28,550 bases of DNA from an uncultured Gammaproteobacteria bacterium (lineage in GTDB: Bacteria > Patescibacteriota > Patescibacteriia > UBA9934). The stretch lies in NCBI GenBank assembly GCA_964415145.1, contig CAYPYH010000002.1:1-28550 (forward strand), read 5' to 3'. Below, piece by piece: positions 23,919 to 28,550 of the stretch. The stretch's first letter is position 1. Each line of letters opens with the position of its first letter. The notes beneath the pieces were generated by a model. The model had not been told where the DNA came from. It searched no databases and saw nothing but the letters and a program-made list of their open reading frames with translations. The position numbers and the translations under genes were made by a program.

Positions 23919-24000
23919 CCCGGGAAAGAGTCGGATCCCGTCGACTCTTTCCCGGGGGAAAGCTGGGGATCGGGGCCTAGTTCAGCTTACCCCCGAAGGG
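23919..24000. repeat. GC-rich multi-hairpin element downstream of lexA
   Basis: Perfect 15-bp stem 23919-23933/23942-23956. Second stem GGGGG-A-AAGCTG...CAGCTT-A-CCCCC, 23954-23994. Confidence 0.6.
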
Positions 24001-24001
24001 T

Positions 24002-24631
24002 TTAACGCACGGCGAATTTACGAATGACTGCCCGCACAATGCCTTGAATATTTACGTCACCTTTTACAATGATCGGGTCCATGGTGCTATTTGCGGGCTG
24101 AAGGCGAATATAATTTGCTTCGCGGTAAAAGCGCTTGAGGGTGGCATAGGCATTGTCGAGGAGTGCAACGACGATGTCACCGTTTTTAGGAGAGGGGTTT
24201 CTTTCGATCACGACATAATCGCCGTCGAAAATTCCGTCCTCAATCATGGAGCGACCTTTCACTTTAAGTACATAGGAATTTTCTGCGTGAATGACGAAAT
24301 CGGCGGGAATTGCCATTGCTTCATTTTCCTCAATCGCTTCGATTGGTTCACCTGCGGTAATGATGCCTGCGAGCGGCAACATGAGACTCATGTTAGAAAA
24401 TTGTTCTGGTTCAACAAGTTCGATCGAGCGTGCAGCGCCATCTTCACCCGTATTGATAATCCCTTTTTCGCAAAGCGTTTGAATGTGTTTATGAATCGTT
24501 GAAACGGATGCAAGACCAAGCCCTTTCGCAATCTCGCGATAAGAAGGTGTGTAGCCATGTGCTTGCACGAAGCCCTCAATAAATTTGAGTACTTCTTTTT
24601 GCTTCTTAGTGATGGGAGGGAGTTTATTCAT
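24002..24631 (-). CDS. lexA: SOS repressor LexA
   Basis: wHTH T.KQKEVL.FI....GYTPSYREIA..LGLASVSTIHKHI..L..KG, cleavage site TAGEP, catalytic KGRSMI and ATLKRF. The start is ATG 24631, not 24745. Confidence 0.96.
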   Translation of the reverse strand: MNKLPPITKKQKEVLKFIEGFVQAHGYTPSYREIAKGLGLASVSTIHKHIQTLCEKGIINTGEDGAARSIELVEPEQFSNMSLMLPLAGIITAGEPIEAIEENEAMAIPADFVIHAENSYVLKVKGRSMIEDGIFDGDYVVIERNPSPKNGDIVVALLDNAYATLKRFYREANYIRLQPANSTMDPIIVKGDVNIQGIVRAVIRKFAVR

Positions 24632-24634
24632 AGT

Positions 24635-24679
24635 GTTCGCTGTCTGTTCATAGTATAGACGAACAAAAAGAGAACGCAA
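24635..24679 (-). promoter_or_regulatory. lexA promoter with candidate LexA operators
   Basis: TTGCGT-N16-TATACT on the minus strand. Plus-strand GTTC-N7-GTTC (24635-24649) and GAAC-N7-GAAC (24661-24675) flank the -10. Confidence 0.6.
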
Positions 24680-24778
24680 GAGCCCCGTGTGTGGATAACT
24701 AAAAACCAGCTTGCTATGACTATCTAAAATGCGTGCACCTTTCAAAATGATTCAATTTTTGGTAACTTGGGGCTTGTT

Positions 24779-25813
24779 ATGCAGAAGTCGGTACGTATTC
24801 CTTTGAATGGTGAGAGTAATCGGCTTTGTGATATTTTGGCTGAAATGCTCGTGGAGGAATTTACGCGTCGTGACGCGTCTACACGTTGCCGGTTGCGTGT
24901 ATTTGGGGGCGAAGGAATGATTATGGTAGCCGGTCGTATTCAATCAACGGCAGAATTAGATGTAAGTACGCTCGTATCAAAAGCATATATTGAGCTCACA
25001 GGAAAATCAGATATCGAACCATTCGTACATATTGAGCAAACGGGCAAAGAGGCATTTGATCGCTCGACATGGGTGAATAAGGAGGTGGGTGTTGCGTATG
25101 GATTTGCAACCAAAGAAACGGTCGAGCAATTACCTTTGCCTCTTGTGCTTGCAAGGCGCATTGAACAGCGTATACGAGATGCGCGTATGACCGACCCATT
25201 GTGCACATGGCTTGGGGCGGACGGAGCAATCGTGGTAACCACAAATAAAAAACAATGTACTGCCGTACAAATTGAAGTGGAGTATCCAGAGGCAATGTTA
25301 ATAGGCGACGTAAAGCAGGTTATTTTTGAACGGATCATTCAGCCGTTATTAATTGAGACAGATCAGACACGTGTGGAGATTGTTGGACGTTTGCCTGCAC
25401 AGTCAGGATTTATGTATGCACCGGGCGCTACTGGAATTGTAAGCGAATCCATGACCTATGCAGGACTTATTCCAAATGCAAGTACCTCTTTTGTTGGAAA
25501 AGATATTTACGCGCCGGCACGATTAGCTGTATATGAAGCACGCCGTCTCGCAAAAGAATTGTTGGCAAAATCTGATGCGCCCAATGTACTCGTGCAACTT
25601 CCGTATACAGAAGAGCGAATCGGTGTGGATCATACGTATGCGATTTCGGGTGCCGGCGAAGATCTTTCTTATTTAGCTCAAGCAAATCCAAAGCGCGCGG
25701 AAGATTTTGTGCAGCGATTCGATCTTGCAAAAGCGCCACTTCGTTTGCTTGCAGAACACAATCAGTTCATTCCAGAGCTTGCACCTTGGGAGATGACGGG
25801 CGACGCGCTATAA
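24779..25813 (+). CDS. Degenerate S-adenosylmethionine synthetase (MetK)-like protein
   Basis: Collinear with MetK: LCD.....L, YGFATKET..LPLP..LA.RI, II.P.L, SFVGKD, A.Y.AR..AK and terminal PWE. Most catalytic motifs are substituted. Confidence 0.8.
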   Translation: MQKSVRIPLNGESNRLCDILAEMLVEEFTRRDASTRCRLRVFGGEGMIMVAGRIQSTAELDVSTLVSKAYIELTGKSDIEPFVHIEQTGKEAFDRSTWVNKEVGVAYGFATKETVEQLPLPLVLARRIEQRIRDARMTDPLCTWLGADGAIVVTTNKKQCTAVQIEVEYPEAMLIGDVKQVIFERIIQPLLIETDQTRVEIVGRLPAQSGFMYAPGATGIVSESMTYAGLIPNASTSFVGKDIYAPARLAVYEARRLAKELLAKSDAPNVLVQLPYTEERIGVDHTYAISGAGEDLSYLAQANPKRAEDFVQRFDLAKAPLRLLAEHNQFIPELAPWEMTGDAL

Positions 25814-25820
25814 TGCATAC

Positions 25821-26504
25821 ATGAAGAAATCCCTTCCTTCATCGCTCTTCATCGCATTCTTAGCGATTGTGTTTACAGGTATTACCGCGTGGGTTGTATT
25901 TGCAACAAAACCAGAATTGTTTGAACGGGTGAGTGATGATGGATTATTCGCCATTTCAGGAACATCCAATAATGCAAAGTCTTTGTATATCGCTTCGCAT
26001 CAATCATCGAGTGGATTTACGGTGTATACCGTGACTCCCGAAGCGCTTGCAAGGCAGGCGGATTTACAGATTGTGTATGCAGGAGAGGAGCAATTATTCG
26101 TACTCGACGATGTCCGTGAGGCATGGCGACCTATTGATTCCACGGTGCAAAGTATGGGGCATGCGGTATTCGCAATAGGACTTCCGCAAAAAATAGAATT
26201 ACCAGATTATACGGCGTGGATGGATGAATTGCTAGCGGCGCCACCCGAACATGCGGTTGCATACGAACAATTCTTTGTGTATCAGGTGGCGGAAACAATC
26301 CCTTCGTATCTTGTGGAAGATTCAATGCGTCAGCAAAGTTGTAAAGATTTGTTTTTCGATTCAAAACATGCGGAAGAAAAGCGGGAAGTAAAAGAAATTC
26401 GTATGCCGGTTGATGGGGTGAATCGATTGGTACAACTTACGCTTGTGACGAAATGGTTTATCAACAGGGGAAGTGAAACGTGCGCCTTCGTAACTCAAAA
26501 ATAA
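25821..26504 (+). CDS. Hypothetical membrane-anchored protein
   Basis: N-terminal TM helix, 227-aa ORF, and TATAAT 6 nt before the ATG. No family recognised. Confidence 0.7.
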   Translation: MKKSLPSSLFIAFLAIVFTGITAWVVFATKPELFERVSDDGLFAISGTSNNAKSLYIASHQSSSGFTVYTVTPEALARQADLQIVYAGEEQLFVLDDVREAWRPIDSTVQSMGHAVFAIGLPQKIELPDYTAWMDELLAAPPEHAVAYEQFFVYQVAETIPSYLVEDSMRQQSCKDLFFDSKHAEEKREVKEIRMPVDGVNRLVQLTLVTKWFINRGSETCAFVTQK

Positions 26505-26523
26505 TCTGGTATACTGTTCGCGT

Positions 26524-26838
26524 ATGAATCAATGTCAAACCTGTTCCTTTGTTGCAAAGAATAAAGCGGGCCTTTCGGCTCACACGCGTGGTCACGCCAA
26601 GCGACAAGAAGAAGCGGATCCAGCTCCCATTTTGCCAGAAGTTCCAGCAATGGGCGCTACCGACGACTGTCCGCATTGTAGTTTGCTTCCAGCAGGAAGT
26701 GTGAACGTAGTAAGTATGTTCATTGTTGTGGTGTTTTGTTTAACCGCGGTCATGTTTATAGCGATGTATAAAATGGATCAACAGCAAGCGGCAATTCAAA
26801 GTCTTCAGGCTCAAGTCGCGTCATATGAAGCTAAATAA
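26524..26838 (+). CDS. Small bitopic membrane protein with N-terminal C2H2 zinc finger and C-terminal coiled coil
   Basis: CQTC-SFVAKNKAGLSA-H-TRG-H, then CPHC, a TM helix, and QQQAAIQSLQAQV. TATACT 8 nt before the ATG. Confidence 0.75.
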   Translation: MNQCQTCSFVAKNKAGLSAHTRGHAKRQEEADPAPILPEVPAMGATDDCPHCSLLPAGSVNVVSMFIVVVFCLTAVMFIAMYKMDQQQAAIQSLQAQVASYEAK

Positions 26839-27454
26839 GATTATAGGTGCCACCTCAATCGCCCTTGTGCTTACAGGGGCTGGTTGTTTTGGGTTGACAA
26901 AAGAAGAAACGGCGCGTACCAATACACCAGCGCCCAAGCCAGACGCTTATAATCCAATAACGATTCCAGAAAAAGAGACTATGCAATATTCAGCACCAAC
27001 CGTACTTGCGGCCGAAGTGATTAACAATAAGCAAGTGCGCCTACAGACAACAAAAGGAGAAATTGTATTCGACCTATATGCGGATACGGCGCCACTCACT
27101 GTTTCAAATTTCGTAAACCTTGCGCAAGGTGGATATTATGATGGACTTACATTCCACCGTCGCGAAGAAGGATTTGTGATTCAAGGTGGAGATCCTCGTG
27201 GAAACGGAACGGGCGGGCCTGGATATAAGTTCGCGGACGAATTAAAAGACAATCGCACCTATGTACGCGGCACAGTAGCAATGGCAAATAGTGGTCCAAA
27301 TACCAATGGCTCACAGTTCTTCATTATGCTTGACGACGTACCACTTCCTCACCTTTACACGATTTTTGGAATGGTAACCGAAGGGCTCGATGTCGTAGAT
27401 CAGATCAAAGTGGGAGACGCCATGACCACGGTTACTGTTGAAGACAAGAAATAA
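26825..27454 (+). CDS. Cyclophilin-type peptidyl-prolyl isomerase lipoprotein
   Basis: Lipobox LTGAG-C, APLTVSNF..LA..GYYDGLTFHR, FVIQGGDP.GNGTGGPGY, GTVAMANSGPNTNGSQFFI. Confidence 0.95.
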   Translation: MKLNKIIGATSIALVLTGAGCFGLTKEETARTNTPAPKPDAYNPITIPEKETMQYSAPTVLAAEVINNKQVRLQTTKGEIVFDLYADTAPLTVSNFVNLAQGGYYDGLTFHRREEGFVIQGGDPRGNGTGGPGYKFADELKDNRTYVRGTVAMANSGPNTNGSQFFIMLDDVPLPHLYTIFGMVTEGLDVVDQIKVGDAMTTVTVEDKK

Positions 27455-27468
27455 GGTATAATAGGGAC

Positions 27469-28550
27469 ATGAAGTCCCCGCACACCATTACGCAGTCCAG
27501 CTTCTATAAGTACTTCCGCTGTCCTATGTGGCTGGTGCATGAAGCAAAAGACGGATCGGCAACACCCGATTCGTTTTTGCATTTATTGCAAAAGGAAGGG
27601 ATGCTAAAAGAAAAGCAGGATTTATTGTTGAAGGACCGTGAAGTATTTGATGTGAAGGCGGAAGAATTAGAAGACGCCGCGCGCGAGACCTTGGAATTTA
27701 TGGCGCGCGGCGTGGAACGTATTCGCGGTGGCGTACTCATGCACGGTCGGTATATCGCGCGACCGGATTTACTTGAAAAAGTAGAAGGGAAGTCGAAACT
27801 CGGTAATTTTTATTATGTTGCATGTGATTTTAAGCGTTCTGAGCGTCTGAAGGACGAATACACCATGGAAGGTGTGTTCTATGCCGAGCTTTTAAAAACG
27901 GTACAGGATGTACGGCCCACGAAAGGGTATGTGATGCACCCAAGTGGTGCGGTTTCTTCTTTTTTAATCGACGAATACCGCACAACCTATCACGTAAACC
28001 TCGAACGCATTGAAAAATTACTCGATGCCGAAACGCAAGATGTTTTTTTAACGTCCGCGTGCAAACAATCTCCATGGTTTCATCGCTGTGTGGCGGACGC
28101 GCATGAATGTCGAGATCTTTCTTTGATTAATCGTATTTGGCGTAGTGAGGTAGAGGCATTAAAATCTGCCGGCATTTTAACGATTGATGATTTGGCAAAA
28201 ACAGATCTAGGTATACTTGGAAAAATTCCCGATCTCACCATGGACCGTGTGCAGTATTTAAAGAAACAAACCGAATCACTCGTAAGTGGAAAAGTAATTT
28301 CACTTGGGTTTATCGAATTGAAACAGGAGAAGAACGCATACGTCCTTGATATCGAAAGTGACCCCATGCGCAATATTCATTATTTATTTGGCGTTCTCAA
28401 AATTGAAGATGGGGAACAGAGTTATCATGCATTCGTAGCAGACGGTGAAGTGATGGACGAAAAAGCGATTTGGTTTAAAGTTTGCGCATTCTTGAATGAA
28501 CATAAGGCGTGGCCTATTTATCATTATGGTTGGTTCGAGGTGGATGTATT
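27469..28550 (+). CDS. TM0106-family RecB-like nuclease (partial; runs off the window)
   Basis: My translation from ATG 27469 is open to the window end. Motifs FRCP, ARPDLL, CDFKRS, C..S.W...C, LDIESDP, YLFG and IYHYG. TATAAT 6 nt before the ATG. Confidence 0.85.
   Translation, partial: MKSPHTITQSSFYKYFRCPMWLVHEAKDGSATPDSFLHLLQKEGMLKEKQDLLLKDREVFDVKAEELEDAARETLEFMARGVERIRGGVLMHGRYIARPDLLEKVEGKSKLGNFYYVACDFKRSERLKDEYTMEGVFYAELLKTVQDVRPTKGYVMHPSGAVSSFLIDEYRTTYHVNLERIEKLLDAETQDVFLTSACKQSPWFHRCVADAHECRDLSLINRIWRSEVEALKSAGILTIDDLAKTDLGILGKIPDLTMDRVQYLKKQTESLVSGKVISLGFIELKQEKNAYVLDIESDPMRNIHYLFGVLKIEDGEQSYHAFVADGEVMDEKAIWFKVCAFLNEHKAWPIYHYGWFEVDV

Noticed and set aside
23972-23988. tRNA-like 5' fragment GGGGCCTAGTTCAGCT, and TCGACGGGAT (tmRNA-like) on the minus strand nearby
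   Set aside because: There is no matching T-arm, acceptor 3' strand or CCA, and no RNase P or SRP core motifs. The matches are too short to support a call.
24632-24745. N-terminal extension of LexA
   Set aside because: It covers the promoter/operator, and LexA homology begins at MNKLPPITKKQ.
1-28550. Alternative genetic code (UGA = Trp or Gly)
   Set aside because: All recognisable genes are full-length under code 11, conserved Trp residues use TGG, and UGA ends genes at expected positions.

Overview
This 28.5 kb window is gene-dense bacterial chromosome in genetic code 11. It is probably from a Patescibacteria (CPR) genome, ABY1/Uhrbacteria-like; this is an inference from the gene set, a 'GAGC' lipobox and a TrmB-like regulator. 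Host-type genes (low-to-mid 40s % GC by eye) include a TrmB-like regulator, a C39-like peptidase, an OmpR/sensor-kinase pair, EamA, a PIF1-like helicase, VOC, EVE, DUF1294, engB, tRNA-Trp, lexA, a degenerate MetK homolog, a C2H2-finger membrane protein, a cyclophilin lipoprotein and a TM0106 RecB-like nuclease. Three exported host proteins (about 1504, 1029 and 396 aa) share an unnamed ~120-aa two-repeat domain, a candidate surface-anchoring module. Five GC-rich units are interspersed: a Gfo/Idh/MocA operon end, an HD hydrolase, an NT5C nucleotidase, an FG-GAP/ASPIC lipoprotein and a CotH-kinase lipoprotein. Each has a perfect TTGACA upstream and a Shine-Dalgarno or SD-like motif, whereas many host genes look leaderless. 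Other signals are an Alphaproteobacteria-like GTTC-N7-GTTC operator at lexA, a two-copy candidate response-regulator box, and a tRNA-Trp(CCA) with an unpaired 27-43 position. I saw no CRISPR array, transposase, integrase or reverse transcriptase. All product calls come from motif recognition by eye; no searches were run.
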